Assembly (NCBI RefSeq): GCF_001194135.2
Contig: NC_069008.1
Span: 16,597,509-16,638,492, forward strand
Direction: 5' to 3'
DNA from: Octopus bimaculoides
Lineage: Eukaryota
Length of the DNA: 40,984 nt
A program made the translations under genes and the position numbers. Shown here in pieces: positions 1 through 12,490 of the stretch. Every line of letters starts with the position of its first letter. Within the stretch, counting starts at the first letter, position 1. Under the pieces are notes generated by a model. It saw nothing but the letters and a program-made list of their open reading frames with translations. It was not told the DNA's origin and made no database searches.

Positions 1-130
1 AATAGTCACTTAACTAAACACAAATTTATACATACAGGAGAAAGACCATAACACTGTGATATCTGTGGGAAATTATTCTCTCAGTGGAAGGGCTTTACTA
101 TTCACAAACATATTCAAACGACTGGGAAAT
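1..130 (+). pseudogene. 3' end of a disrupted C2H2 zinc-finger gene
   Basis: Frame 1 reads [38 protein letters not shown], with an in-frame TAA at 49-51 where the linker Tyr is expected and a last finger lacking its final His. Confidence 0.8.
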
Positions 131-947
131 ATTTGTTCCTTACACTCCCAACAATAAGCACAAGTTTGTGGATTAACTATTTCTCGAATCTAGGGAGTGT
201 TTCCTGAAAAAATATCAACCTAGGGNNNNNNNNNNGGGCCTTGTCAAGGAAGAACAGCTGGATATACTCTTTGTACAAATCATATTTTATCATTAACCTG
301 TAGTCCTGCACAGTAACAAGGGACCTGGTTGAATGGAGAAGAATGCAGATGCCATGAACCGTACTGCAAATGTCCTCGGTCAATGTNNNNNNNNNNNNNN
401 NNNNNNNNNNNNNNNNNNNNNNNNNNNNNNNNNNNNNNNNNNNNNNNNNNNNNNNNNNNNNNNNNNNNNNNNNNNNNNNNNNNNNNATTTCATTCGGGGC
501 TACTTGGGCCACATTTTAAAGATGAGGAATTTTGCCAGTCATCGAATTTGGTTCTATTTCAATTTCACTTGCCCCGACAGGCCTTCACAAGCAGAGTTTA
601 GTGTCAAATTTATGTTTAGAAGTTATTTTCTGAATAGAATAGATTTTAAGAAGCAACTTGTGTCCAACTAAACTCTGTGAATACCATGGAAGAATCTACT
701 GAAGTGGTTGACATGAAGAAGGGCATCTGGCTGTAAAGAAATATCTCAAAAAGGGTAACCATGATGAGAATGGTTACTGTCAAGGGTCAATAATTACTGT
801 TAAGGGCACAAAGGTTCAGCCATAATTTAGCAGGGGAAACCGATTTAAAAACATTGGGTGACCTCATGGATTTTGACAATGACACAATCACACTCTTACA
901 TGGATAGATGCATGTGTAGTTAAGTTACTTCTCTCAGAGAAAATGAT

Positions 948-1778
<831 letters not shown>

Positions 1779-2376
1779 TTCTCTGAGGGATACAAACAGA
1801 CCCAACCATTGAAGTTTCTCACAGTATTAACATTTTTCCCTTATCTTTTGTCTCACAGCACAGCATGTAATTTCCTTTCTCTTCTTATTCTTATAATTTA
1901 TTCCTTAGAAATATTTCAACTGCTATCAACTGTGATTTTATTGATATCTAAAATTCTGCAAACTCCTTTGCAATTATATTCAAGTTTAATTAGAATGCAA
2001 AAACACCAGATAATGAGATGCAGAAATGTTTCTAGGAATCTTCAATCGGAGCAAATATTTCACAGTAATTCCAGTCTAGATTTATAGCAGTTGGGTTATT
2101 ATATTTGTTTTCTAAAACATTTTCTTTTAGTCTTTAAGACATGATAAATATTCCAGATGTATCCAATGTTAAAAATGTTGTTTTGTGCCAATGTCATCCA
2201 TTAATCTGAAATAATAAAGAAACAGTATTAGATATAGAGGAGAGATCAAAACGGAAACGTTCCAACATTTCTTTATTGATTAACAAATGACATCATATAT
2301 CATTGGGTGAAATCTAAAAATTTGTAAACTACAACTACACCTCCACATTGTGTAACATTACATATATATGTATATA

Positions 2377-2552
2377 TCATCATCCTCATTTAACGTCCAT
2401 TTTCCATGCTGGCATGGGTTGGACAGTTTGACTGAGGACTGGCAAGCCAGGGGGCTGCACCAGGTTCCAGTCTGATCTGGCAAGCTTTCTACGGCTGGAT
2501 ACTCTTCCTAACGCCAAGAACTCCAAGAGTGTAGTGGGTGCGTTTTATGTGC
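2377..2552 (-). mobile_element. SINE / RTE-like 3' fragment with (GAT)n tail
   Basis: Family signature GGACGTTAAA(C)GATGATG; multicopy in the window. Confidence 0.8.
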
Positions 2553-2561
2553 ATCCTTCTA

Positions 2562-2799
2562 TCATATTGCTGGGCCCACGACTCCTCTCTCAAAGACATT
2601 TCTCATAAGGTCCACTGCAACAAGAATAATTGTGCTATTTCAACTGTGAATTGATTTTACGGACGTAAAATAGGAAATTATCCCGTGTTGTCCTGTGTGT
2701 GTCATTCCATCTGTCCTTTGGTGAAACTTAGTCTACTTAGGAACATTCTGCTCAACATGGCTCACTGTAGCGTAGTGTTGTGTGCTCTGGAGTAAAGCA
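2562..2799 (-). mobile_element. Merlin relic (inverted segment) in the gene A intron
   Basis: Clear DNA homology to ~17925-18175. Confidence 0.6.
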
Positions 2800-2980
2800 A
2801 TCTGAATTAGATATGACCAGAGAAGCTAAAGAGAGGGGGATGACAGCACGGAAGGCCACAGTCCCCCGGGACCCACGAAGGGTAAAGCTGAAAACCTGGT
2901 CAACTTCAGAGAAAGGAAGGGGTAACAGAATACTCAATACACGGATTTCTGCAAGCCAGATAAGAGATCCGGCACGTACG

Positions 2981-3210
2981 CTCCGTGAAAACATACGAAA
3001 ACACGTTATTGTTTTTCTCCCGAGTCAAGCAGATTCTAGCGGAAACGGAAGTGAGGTGTGTCATGTGATAACAATAAACACACCGCTCTCTAAAAATGTT
3101 AAGAAAAAGGAGGGGGGAATAGGAAATAATGATATTACGATGCAAGTCACCATGGTTACTGTGGTTAATATCTGGCTGTGATAAACAAGTCTTCGTTATT
3201 GTCGCCATCG
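2981..3210 (-). promoter_or_regulatory. Cassette promoter/exon-1 module, copy A (splice donor deleted)
   Basis: Homologous to the other copies: X-box-like motif 3146-3159, E-box 3060-3069, tandem ETS GCGGAAACGGAAGT 3039-3052. Function is inferred. Confidence 0.6.
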
Positions 3211-5565
3211 GCCGGTACTATTCAAGAAGAGTGGTCCCTGTGCGCGCACTCGCGCTAGCTAGTCGTGAGTAGTCGGGCGCCCAAAATATATGAAATGAAA
3301 AATATGTAAAAATACTAACACACAGAAGCACAGAAAATAAGAATCTGGTAATGGGAAGAATCAACATAGACAACCGTGAACCACAACGCAGCGTGTGGTT
3401 GTCATGGTAACAAGTTGTTAATGCCACACTGTCTGTTGATTGGCTAAAATTACCCAAATTTCCCAACTTTAATTCCAAATAACTGGTTGATCATAATCAA
3501 AATTCAGAGTTGCATCAATACGCCAAAATTTAAAGCAATCTGAGCAAACTTAAAGGGTTCGTTTCCTTTTATACAATATTAAAACAACATTTTCTAAAAA
3601 TTTTCTGAAGCAGCAGCCCCACTAACTTTATCTTCAAGCCGCCACTTGTGTAGGCATAGATGTATGCGGATGTTAAGAACACATCGGGATGGCAGTGAAA
3701 AAGTAGATAGTAGAAACGTCTATAGCCATCGAAGTGCGAAGTAAGTTCATAGACACAAGAAAGATAATACCAGTTCGTAGTCATTAGTTCACGGTAGTTG
3801 AAACACTATATCGAAAAGTTGCGGCCATGGTGCTGAGCCAGTTACAGGTACATGTTGTACGTGAAGTCGTGGCTGTGATGCTGTTGCCCGTGTCCTGCAG
3901 GTTGTATATTCGCTGTTGATCTGTGGTGAGAATTCACAAACAGGGAAGTGTTGCAACGTGTGCGAATTGCTTGCTGCACTGTTTATGAAGAGAGATGATG
4001 TTGACGATGTTACGAAAGATGAAGAAGAAGGTTGCTGTAATGCTGTTGGACAAAGTTGATGAGTCTCAATGTAGCTGCTGTGGTGGTGGTTGTCTGGTGG
4101 TCGCTGGAACTGGCTCTGTCTTGTGGTCCGTGTCTGGACCTTAAAAGGTCTGGAACCAAAAGACCTCAGAAGGAGGTGTAGTGACGTCATATGGCGCCAA
4201 AAGGCATAGTCGCCATTACTGCATCTTTAACCATGCATGCGTGGATTTCAACATCCAAGCGTTCCCGCTTCTTTTCATTCTCTTTCCACGCCAGACAGCG
4301 AAGAAGCAAGACGCTCCAGCAAGCTCTCTCATTGAGTGTGGTCGAAGCAAGTTGTCTCTCCAACAATTCAACTCTAGGGACAGCTCACATCAATATTCCG
4401 ACGTCTCAGCAACCAGACTTTCTCACAGAAGGCGACTCAGCAACCAGACAATTTAAGGCTGTCTATTTACCTCCTTAAATAAATATTGTTGTGTTGATTA
4501 GTTTGGAGTTCTGCGTTCCGTTTATATTCTGATTTAATATAGGAAAGCAGGTGTACCCCTAAAGGTGTATAACCACTATTCCTATAGAGGAAAAGCTGAG
4601 TTTTCTCAAGGAACTGTAGGCTCAAAACATAGTGGTAAACAGGCTGGCCCACGTGATCTTATTTCAAGCTTCCAGCTGGTTATATGCGGTAAGTTGGCAC
4701 AACAGAGTAAGAGACAAATTGCGCCAATACTAACAACAGTAGTGGACACAATGGGATCCAAACAGTGGCCAAATGCTAGCTGTTTTCTGCTACATTTGAA
4801 TGCATGTGTAGAACGACCGTGTGAAGCAAGAAGACTGGTGACGAATGGGATGGCTCCTTTTAGCGCGTCGCACGGTCGACGCAAATATAAGAAAGCTCAC
4901 ATGTGAATGTGAGGAAGTGCCAACAAGGAAAAGAAAGAGACACAACCGGTAAAGATGAATAAAGAGAAAGGTTTATTAGAGCCTTAAACTGTGTGGTTGT
5001 GTGTGCGAGAATACGGCATAATAACACAATATATATGACAGGCCGTCATGGAAACAAAAGAGTGTATGTATACAAATATGTGTATGTGAATGCAACAGAA
5101 TACAGAGCATAGAAACAGTCTATAAAAAGGACGTTCAGCGTCCTGAACACAAGGATAAGAAATACCAGTTCTTAGTTAAGGTACACAGTAGATGAAAGTC
5201 TGCACATAAGAGGTTGGGGCCGAAGAGTCACATGTCATGAGAAGAGTTGAGGCTACAATGCTGTGACCGGTTACTTGGTACAGAGGTTCTCGTAGGTTGA
5301 GTTCTGGCTGTTATTTCGTGGGGAAACAATTCACACAAACAGTGTTGAGAGAAGCTGCGGTTGCTGTGTACACAGAGACATCGGTGTGGACGCTGTCGAC
5401 AAAGAAGCTGATGGTGGCGTTGAGGATGGAGTTTGCAGCAAGCTGTTGGCTGGTACTGGCTTGTGCTCTATGGTCAATGACTAGACCTTAGAATATCTGA
5501 AGCCGTCACAAACTGGCATAGATGAAGCAGGCTATTTTATAGGGAAAAATCGGCTCCCACGTAAA

Positions 5566-5910
5566 TAGCACCATTTGAGCGTGATCGTGACCTCCTGGCA
5601 CGTAAAAAAACATTCGATCGAGTTCGTTGCCAGTGCCGCTGGACTGGTTCCTGTGCAGGTGGCACGTAAAATACACCATTTCGAGCGTGGCCGTTGACAG
5701 TACATCCTGACTAGCCTTCATGCCGGTGGCACATAAAAGCACCCACTACACTCTCGGAGTGGTTGGCGTTAAGAAGGGCATCCAGCTGTAGAAACTCTAC
5801 CAAATCAGATTGGAGCCTGGTGTAGCCATCTGGTTTCACCAGTCCTCAGTCAAATCGTCCAACCCATGCTAGTATGGAAAGCGGACGTTAAACGACGACG
5901 ATGATGATGA
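5566..5910 (+). mobile_element. SINE / RTE-like element with (GAT)n tail
   Basis: ...CCATGCTAGTATGGAAAGCGGACGTTAAACGACGACGATGATG. Confidence 0.85.
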
Positions 5911-6194
5911 GAAGCATCAGGAAACACTCTCTCACGTGACCTTATCAGAAGGCCACGATTGGTTGTTATGCACCCTGGCTCGAAACAGAACCAGAGACAA
6001 ATGCCGTGCAAATAACAGCCAATCAGGATGATGGACGCAGCAGGGTCCAAGCCGGCCGAAGGCTAGATGTTACCCTATACGTCCGCATTTACAAACATAC
6101 AACCGAGAGAGAAGCTTCGCTACACATGTATTATATACAATAAATGAAAGAGAAGAAATTTCACGCGTGTCTATGCTACAATTTAAAATTAATC

Positions 6195-6402
6195 ACTATA
6201 GAACAAAAAATGGACTATATACCTGTTGTAACTTGGTTATCTATAGTCCGATGATATTTCGGAATTAGAATTCCTTCTTCAGATCTTATTTGCCGAGACT
6301 CCGGCAAATAAGATCTGAAGAAGGAATTCTAATTCCGAAATATCATCCAACTATAGATAACCAAGTTACAACAGGTATATAGTCCATTTTTTGTTCTATA
6401 GT
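6195..6402. repeat. 208-bp near-perfect palindrome (101-bp arms, 2 mismatches, 6-nt loop)
   Basis: 6195-6295 is the reverse complement of 6302-6402 except for CC versus TG; the loop is AGACTC. Confidence 0.97.
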
Positions 6403-6984
6403 ACATTGTTATAGCTTTCTAAACTTTTTATTCTTTACAAACAATACACAATGCTTCAAGCGAACTACAATACTCTCTTAAAATTAATCGTCTTTTACAT
6501 CCCTATTTCTTTTTTTTTTTAATTACTGGATAAATGCCAGAAATGACCTCAGGCTCTTCAGTATTTTTAATTATAAACAGAAACAACCAGGGACGGAAAG
6601 TAGGGNNNNNNNNNNTTATCGAATGCGCTCCCCACCGCCAAGTCTTTAAGGGCAAAAAAATCGGCCAAACTCGTATCGGAAGTGGAGACGGGGGCAGTAA
6701 AAAAAAAATTAACTTATTTGGTCTTCCTGATCCGAAACTCCGTTTTTTTCGAAGCTTTTCTCCCTACGCGATGGAAACAATTTTCCTTAAAAATTTCTTT
6801 ATAATCGTAATCTATGCTGTTTGAAAGGTATTTCTATAAAATTTCATTAATATATATCCATTTTCCTGGAATGTTATGAGGGGAAAAATCGGATCGTGTG
6901 AATTTTTCGAAAGTCCTCTCCTCACCACGTTCGTTTGCACAAATTTCTGTTTTCGTATTCGTTTTCTACACATTTTAAAACAAC

Positions 6985-7150
6985 CATTACACTACTTTCT
7001 CTTTCGTTTTGGTGACCGAGAGTTAAAGCAAACGTTAACCGAAAATATATCTTTTAGAACATCACCACCACGGCCGATGGTGACAATAATAAAGATTCGT
7101 TTACCAAAGTCAGATATTAACCACAGTAATCATGGTGATTTGCATCAAAA

Positions 7151-7181
<31 letters not shown>

Positions 7182-7371
7182 TCGTTTTCCCTCCTTTATC
7201 TTAACATTTTAGGCTTTATTTACTAGAGAACGGAGTATTTACTTCCGTTTCCGCTACAACTTGTATGATTCGTGAGAATAAACAATTACGTGTTTTTGTA
7301 TATTTCTACGGAGATTTGGTGTGAGTATATATATATATTCCCACTAAATATTGATTTGTATAGCATAACAG
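6985..7371 (+). promoter_or_regulatory. Cassette promoter/non-coding exon 1, copy B
   Basis: X-box-like motif 7126-7139, ACTTCCGTTTCCGC 7241-7254, donor CAG|GTAAGA at 7371/7372. Matching acceptor TTTCAG|ATT at 11907/11908. Confidence 0.65.
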
Positions 7372-7586
7372 GTAAGATATACACACCTATCTATCGATTG
7401 ATCGTACGTGCCGGATCTCTTATCTGGCTTACAGAAATCCGTGTATTGAGTATTCGGTTCCGCCCTTCCTGTCTCTGAAGATGACCAGGTTTTCAGCTTT
7501 ACACTTTGTGGGTCCTGAGGGACTGTGGCCTTCCGTGCTTCTGTCCCCATCTGTTCAGCTTCTCTGGTCATATCTAATTCAGACTC

Positions 7587-7800
7587 TCCAGAGCACACAA
7601 CCAACTGCCTTGACGCTTTGTTTCTGCACCTATTAGAGTAACCACGTTTTACCGTCGTTCATGTCTCCTCTGTTTATAAGTCCACATTGCACGGTCAGCA
7701 CATCTGAGGATTCTTCTCTTTAACTGTATGGTGCGTAAATATATCAAAGAGAGATCTATTCCAGCAGATTTTGAAGAAACCACAGAAAATATAGCGCAGA
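7587..7800 (-). mobile_element. Merlin relic (N-terminal segment) in the gene B intron
   Basis: DNA homology to 18210-18430, including AACCAACTGCCTTGACG (antisense of RQGSW). Confidence 0.6.
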
Positions 7801-8910
7801 TGGAATTTCTTCGTTTTGCTGTGCATTTTTCAGATTTTTTTTTTTCCTCGATGCCCTCGGATTACGAGAAATGATTTGTTGTTTTTTTTGCCTCAGTCTC
7901 TGTGGACCGATTTTGATGGATTTTGTGGGGGTAGAGACGGACTATATGTAATCTGAACCTCCCCCCCCTTATTTATTTATTATTTTTTACGGAATCCCAC
8001 GTTTTAGGCTATGGAGATTCCGATTCTAAAAAAAAAATTGTTTGAAAAANNNNNNNNNNNNNNNNNNNNNNNNNNNNNNNNNNNNNNNNNNNNNNNNNNN
8101 NNNNNNNNNNNNNNNNNNNNNNNNNNNNNNNNNNNNNNNNNNNNNNNNNNNNNNNNNNNNNNNNNNNNNNNNNNNNNNNNNNNNNNNNNNNNNNNNNNNN
8201 NNNNNNNNNNNNNNNNNNNNNNNNNNNNNNNNNNNNNNNNNNNNNNNNNNNNNNNNNNNNNNNNNNNNNNNNNNNNNNNNNNNNNNNNNNNNNNNNNNNN
8301 NNNNNNNNNNNNNNNNNNNNNNNNNNNNNNNNNNNNNNNNNNNNNNNNNNNNNNNNNNNNNNNNNNNNNNNNNNNNNNNNNNNNNNNNNNNNNNNNNNNN
8401 NNNNNNNNNNNNNNNNNNNNNNNNNNNNNNNNNNNNNNNNNNNNNNNNNNNNNNNNNNNNNNNNNNNNNNNNNNNNNNNNNNNNNNNNNNNNNNNNNNNN
8501 NNNNNNNNNNNNNNNNNNNNNNNNNNNNNNNNNNNNNNNNNNNNNNNNNNNNNNNNNNNNNNNNNNNNNNNNNNNNNNNNNNNNNNNNNNNNNNNNNNNN
8601 NNNNNNNNNNNNNNNNNNNNNNNNNNNNNNNNNNNNNNNNNNNNNNNNNNNNNNNNNNNNNNNNNNNNNNNNNNNNNNNNNNNNNNNNNNNNNNNNNNNN
8701 NNNNNNNNNNNNNNNNNNNNNNNNNNNNNNNNNNNNNNNNNNNNNNNNNNNNNNNNNNNNNNNNNNNNNNNNNNNNNNNNNNNNNNNNNNNNNNNNNNNN
8801 NNNNNNNNNNNNNNNNNNNNNNNNNNNNNNNNNNNNTTCAGATCATTTCCAAGGGCCACGTGAAAAAGAAAATCTGAAAAATCCCTGTCAAAATGGAGAA
8901 ATTCTAACTC
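7800..8910. repeat. Recurrent AT-rich repeat, inverted pair flanking a gap; copies at 18440-18700, 30980-31120 and 39360-39640
   Basis: GGAATTTCT(C/T)CGTTTTG..AGATTTT at 7800 and its reverse complement at 8837-8910. 7930-8050 matches the reverse of 39530-39640. Confidence 0.55.
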
Positions 8911-9327
8911 ATGTGGGCCACCTATTGCTGATATCTGCCAAAAATATTTCATGTTGAGATTTCTGATTTTATTGAGTTTCATTGATTTCATACCATTTGC
9001 CATTTTTTGCCCCCTCCCCAACAATTTCGGGCCTTGTGCCTTGAGTAGAAAAGAATTTCATACCATTTGCCATTTTTCCATGATTCTCTTCCAATCTGAC
9101 CAAAATATTTGAAATTTTTGTTGCATTTTTCATAACCAAAGATGGATATTCATGTGTATATGTTGCAAATTTATCTTATCTTGTCTTACTCATTTTGCCC
9201 CGCTTTAAGATGTCTTTTACATGCTCAAAGAAAATGTTGATAATTTTGTGAAACAAGGATCAGATTATGCTGTGGTATTTTTGATGCATTTAGGGAAGGC
9301 CATTTACTAGCTGTTATGTCAACATAA

Positions 9328-9640
9328 GGAAGGCATGTGCCGTAGTGATTAGGGTATTCTGGTCATGATTGTAAACCCACAAGTTCGATTCCCAGTGGGG
9401 CACTGTTTCCTTGAGCAAAATCCTTTATTTCACGTTGCTCCAGTTCACTCAACTGGTAAGAAACCTGTATTTCAAAGGGGTCGGTCTTTTCATATACTGT
9501 GTCATGCTGAATGCTCCTGGGATTCACATACAGGGCACATGTGTCTGTAGAGTACTCAGCCACTTGCACATTAATTTCAGGAGAAGGCTGTTCCATTGAT
9601 TGGATGAACTGAAACTTGTCATGACCAATGGAGTGCCAGT
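9328..9640 (+). mobile_element. Decayed tRNA-derived SINE
   Basis: GCCGTAGTGATTAG..GTTCGATTCCC head followed by CCTTGAGCAAAATCCTTTATTTCACGTTGCTCCAG. Confidence 0.55.
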
Positions 9641-9717
9641 TTAGTTTATGTCAACATAGAACAGAAATACAACAGTTTCACTCAAATAGTGACAAGCAAA
9701 GCCATGTCATATCAATA

Positions 9718-9718
<1 letters not shown>

Positions 9719-9751
<33 letters not shown>

Positions 9752-9930
9752 GTCGTCGTTTAACGTCTGCTTTCCATGCTAGCATGGGTTGGACGATTTG
9801 ACTGAGGACTGGTGAAACCAGATGGCTGCACCAGGCTCCAATCTGATCTGGCAGAGTTTCTACAGCTGGATGCCCTTCCTAATGCCAACCACTCAGAGAG
9901 TGTAGTGGGTGCTTTTACGTGTCACCCGCA
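9719..9930 (-). mobile_element. SINE / RTE-like element with (GAT)n tail
   Basis: (CAT)n tail followed by the family consensus in reverse orientation. Confidence 0.85.
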
Positions 9931-10923
9931 CGAAGGCCAGTCAGGCGGTACTGGCAACGGCCACGCTCAAAATGGTGTCTTTTATGTGCCACCTGCACAA
10001 GAGCCAGTCCAGGGGCACTGGCAACGATCTCGCTCGAAAATCCTACGAAGGCCAGTCAGGCGGTACTGGCAANNNNNNNNNNNNNNNNNNNNNNNNNNNN
10101 NNNNNNNNNNNNNNNNNNNNNNNNNNNNNNNNNNNNNNNNNNNNNNNNNNNNNNNNNNNNNNNNNNNNNNNNNNNNNNNNNNNNNNNNNNNNNNNNNNNN
10201 NNNNNNNNNNNNNNNNNNNNNNNNNNNNNNNNNNNNNNNNNNNNNNNNNNNNNNNNNNNNNNNNNNNNNNNNNNNNNNNNNNNNNNNNNNNNNNNNNNNN
10301 NNNNNNNNNNNNNNNNNNNNNNNNNNNNNNNNNNNNNNNNNNNNNNNNNNNNNNNNNNNNNNNNNNNNNNNNNNNNNNNNNNNNNNNNNNNNNNNNNNNN
10401 NNNNNNNNNNNNNNNNNNNNNNNNNNNNNNNNNNNNNNNNNNNNNNNNNNNNNNNNNNNNNNNNNNNNNNNNNNNNNNNNNNNNNNNNNNNNNNNNNNNN
10501 NNNNNNNNNNNNNNNNNNNNNNNNNNNNNNNNNNNNNNNNNNNNNNNNNNNNNNNNNNNNNNNNNNNNNNNNNNNNNNNNNNNNNNNNNNNNNNNNNNNN
10601 NNNNNNNNNNNNNNNNNNNNNNNNNNNNNNNNNNNNNNNNNNNNNNNNNNNNNNNNNNNNNNNNNNNNNNNNNNNNNNNNNNNNNNNNNNNNNNNNNNNN
10701 NNNNNNNNNNNNNNNNNNNNNNNNNNNNNNNNNNNNNNNNNNNNNNNNNNNNNNNNNNNNACGATCTCGCTCGAAAATCCTACGAAGGCCAGTCAGGCGG
10801 TACTGGCAACGGCCACGCTCAAAATGGTGTCTTTTATGTGCCACCTGCACAAGAGCCAGTCCAGGGGCACTGGCAACGATCTCGCTCGAAAATCCTACGA
10901 AGGCCAGTCAGGCGGTACTGGCA
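9931..10923. repeat. Tandem array of a 115-bp unit derived from the SINE body, spanning a gap
   Basis: CGAAGGCCAGTCAGG recurs at 9931, 10046, 10783 and 10898. Confidence 0.9.
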
Positions 10924-10974
10924 AAGAATATTATAATAAAGTTACATGTTACACCTGTTTGAAATCAGGGAGTG

Positions 10975-10994
10975 CTTTTGTGGACACCCTGTAT
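10975..10994. mobile_element. Right end of a related mariner-type MITE
   Basis: TGGACACCCTG|TA. The paralogous site near 18968 has no insertion (GATA|TAATGTCAGA). Confidence 0.45.
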
Positions 10995-11174
10995 AATGTC
11001 AGAAGAAAAAACAGGATGGTCATGGATGGGGTGTCTTTGATCATCAGTGTGCTCAGTCTTTACTGATCCGGTGGTAAAGAGCAATGGCAGTATTTCTTAT
11101 GAGAGAAGTATTTTGTTGTCCACTATTCTGAATTTCAATATATATATATGTATATATATACATATATATATATC

Positions 11175-11680
11175 AACATCATCATCATCATTTAATGCCC
11201 GTTGTCCATGCTGGCATGGGTAGAACGGCTTGACCAGAGCTGCACCAGACGCTAGTCTAATTTGTCATGGTTTCTACTGTTGGATGCCCTTCCCAATGCC
11301 AACCACTCAGAGTCTGTAATGAGTGCATGCTTCTATGTGCCAGCAGTTCAGGTGCCAGCAATTCAGGTGCCAGCAGCACAACACCAATATCTGCCATGAC
11401 TTTGATTTCACTTGGCTTCATGGATCTTCTTGTCAAGCACAGCATACTGCCAAAGGTCTGTCGCATGCCATTGCCTCCATGAGGCCCAATGCTCCAAGTG
11501 TGCTTTTCTATGTGCCAGTTATGTGTCCACTAGCATTGGACACATTGCCTCTGTGAGGCCCAGCACCTGACACCTGCCTTTTATGTCCCACTGGCATGGG
11601 TGCCAGGAATGTGACACCAGCATCAGTTATGTTGCCTTCAGGAGGCCCAACACTCAGAAGGTGTTTTTTATGTGCCACCA
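11175..11680 (-). mobile_element. Older, diverged member of the same SINE group
   Basis: (CAT)n tail, GGATGCCCTTCC..GCCAACCACTC and TTTTATGTGCCA repeats. A similar decayed copy lies at ~19135-19550. Confidence 0.6.
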
Positions 11681-11690
11681 GCGTGTAAAG

Positions 11691-11752
<62 letters not shown>
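11691..11752. repeat. Compound microsatellite (CT)n(TA)n(TG)n
   Basis: Read directly from the sequence. Confidence 0.95.
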
Positions 11753-11753
<1 letters not shown>

Positions 11754-12490
11754 AATGTTACATTGTTTGAAAGTGTAGTTGTAGTTTACAAATTTTTAGG
11801 TTTCACCCAATGTTATATGATGTCGTTTGTTAATCAATATAGAAATGTTGGAACATTTCCGTTTTGATCTCTCCTCTATATCTAATACTGTTTCTTTATT
11901 ATTTCAGATTAATGGATGACATTGGCACANNNNNNNNNNNNNNNNNNNNNNNNNNNNNNNNNNNNNNNNNNNNNNNNNNNNNNNNNNNNNNNNNNNNNNN
12001 NNNNNNNNNNNNNNNNNNNNNNNNNNNNNNNNNNNNNNNNNNNNNNNNNNNNNNNNNNNNNNNNNNNNNNNNNNNNNNNNNNNNNNNNNNNNNNNNNNNN
12101 NNNNNNNNNNNNNNNNNNNNNNNNNNNNNNNNNNNNNNNNNNNNNNNNNNNNNNNNNNNNNNNNNNNNNNNNNNNNNNNNNNNNNNNNNNNNNNNNNNNN
12201 NNNNNNNNNNNNNNNNNNNNNNNNNNNNNNNNNNNNNNNNNNNNNNNNNNNNNNNNNNNNNNNNNNNNNNNNNNNNNNNNNNNNNNNNNNNNNNNNNNNN
12301 NNNNNNNNNNNNNNNNNNNNNNNNNNNNNNNNNNNNNNNNNNNNNNNNNNNNNNNNNNNNNNNNNNNNNNNNNNNNNNNNNNNNNNNNNNNNNNNNNNNN
12401 NNNNNNNNNNNNNNNNNNNNNNNNNNNNNNNNNNAAATTTAATACTGTGAGAAACTTCAATGGTTGGGTCTGTTTGTATCCCTCAGAGAA

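Noticed and set aside
1779-1805. [10 protein letters not shown]-terminus given by the ORF track for A, B, D and E
   Set aside because: It starts at TTG; the first in-frame ATG is nine codons later.
1809-2087. Antisense ORF conserved in the leaders of A, D and E (..IIYSLEIFQLLSTVILLISK..)
   Set aside because: The 5' part is frameshifted in E, the starts are inconsistent and I recognise no domain. Shared ancestry explains the open frame.
3140-3175. INHSNHGDLH peptide in the promoter modules, resembling the Merlin VNHS motif
   Set aside because: Only three residues match, and the conservation is better explained by the X-box-like DNA palindrome.
2752-3208. ORFs of 80-133 aa over the promoter/intron modules (also 7344-7604, 17690-18031, 31476-31670, 35949-36247)
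   Set aside because: Frames and stops differ between paralogues, so they are not under coding constraint.
8011-9024. Long ORFs in the track spanning N runs (also 9812-11066, 11864-12554, 13468-14384, 16379-17437, 19819-20949, 25341-26033, 36918-38013)
   Set aside because: These are artefacts of untranslatable gaps.
9931-10923. CRISPR-like reading of the regular repeats
   Set aside because: The units are contiguous with no unique spacers, in a eukaryotic context.
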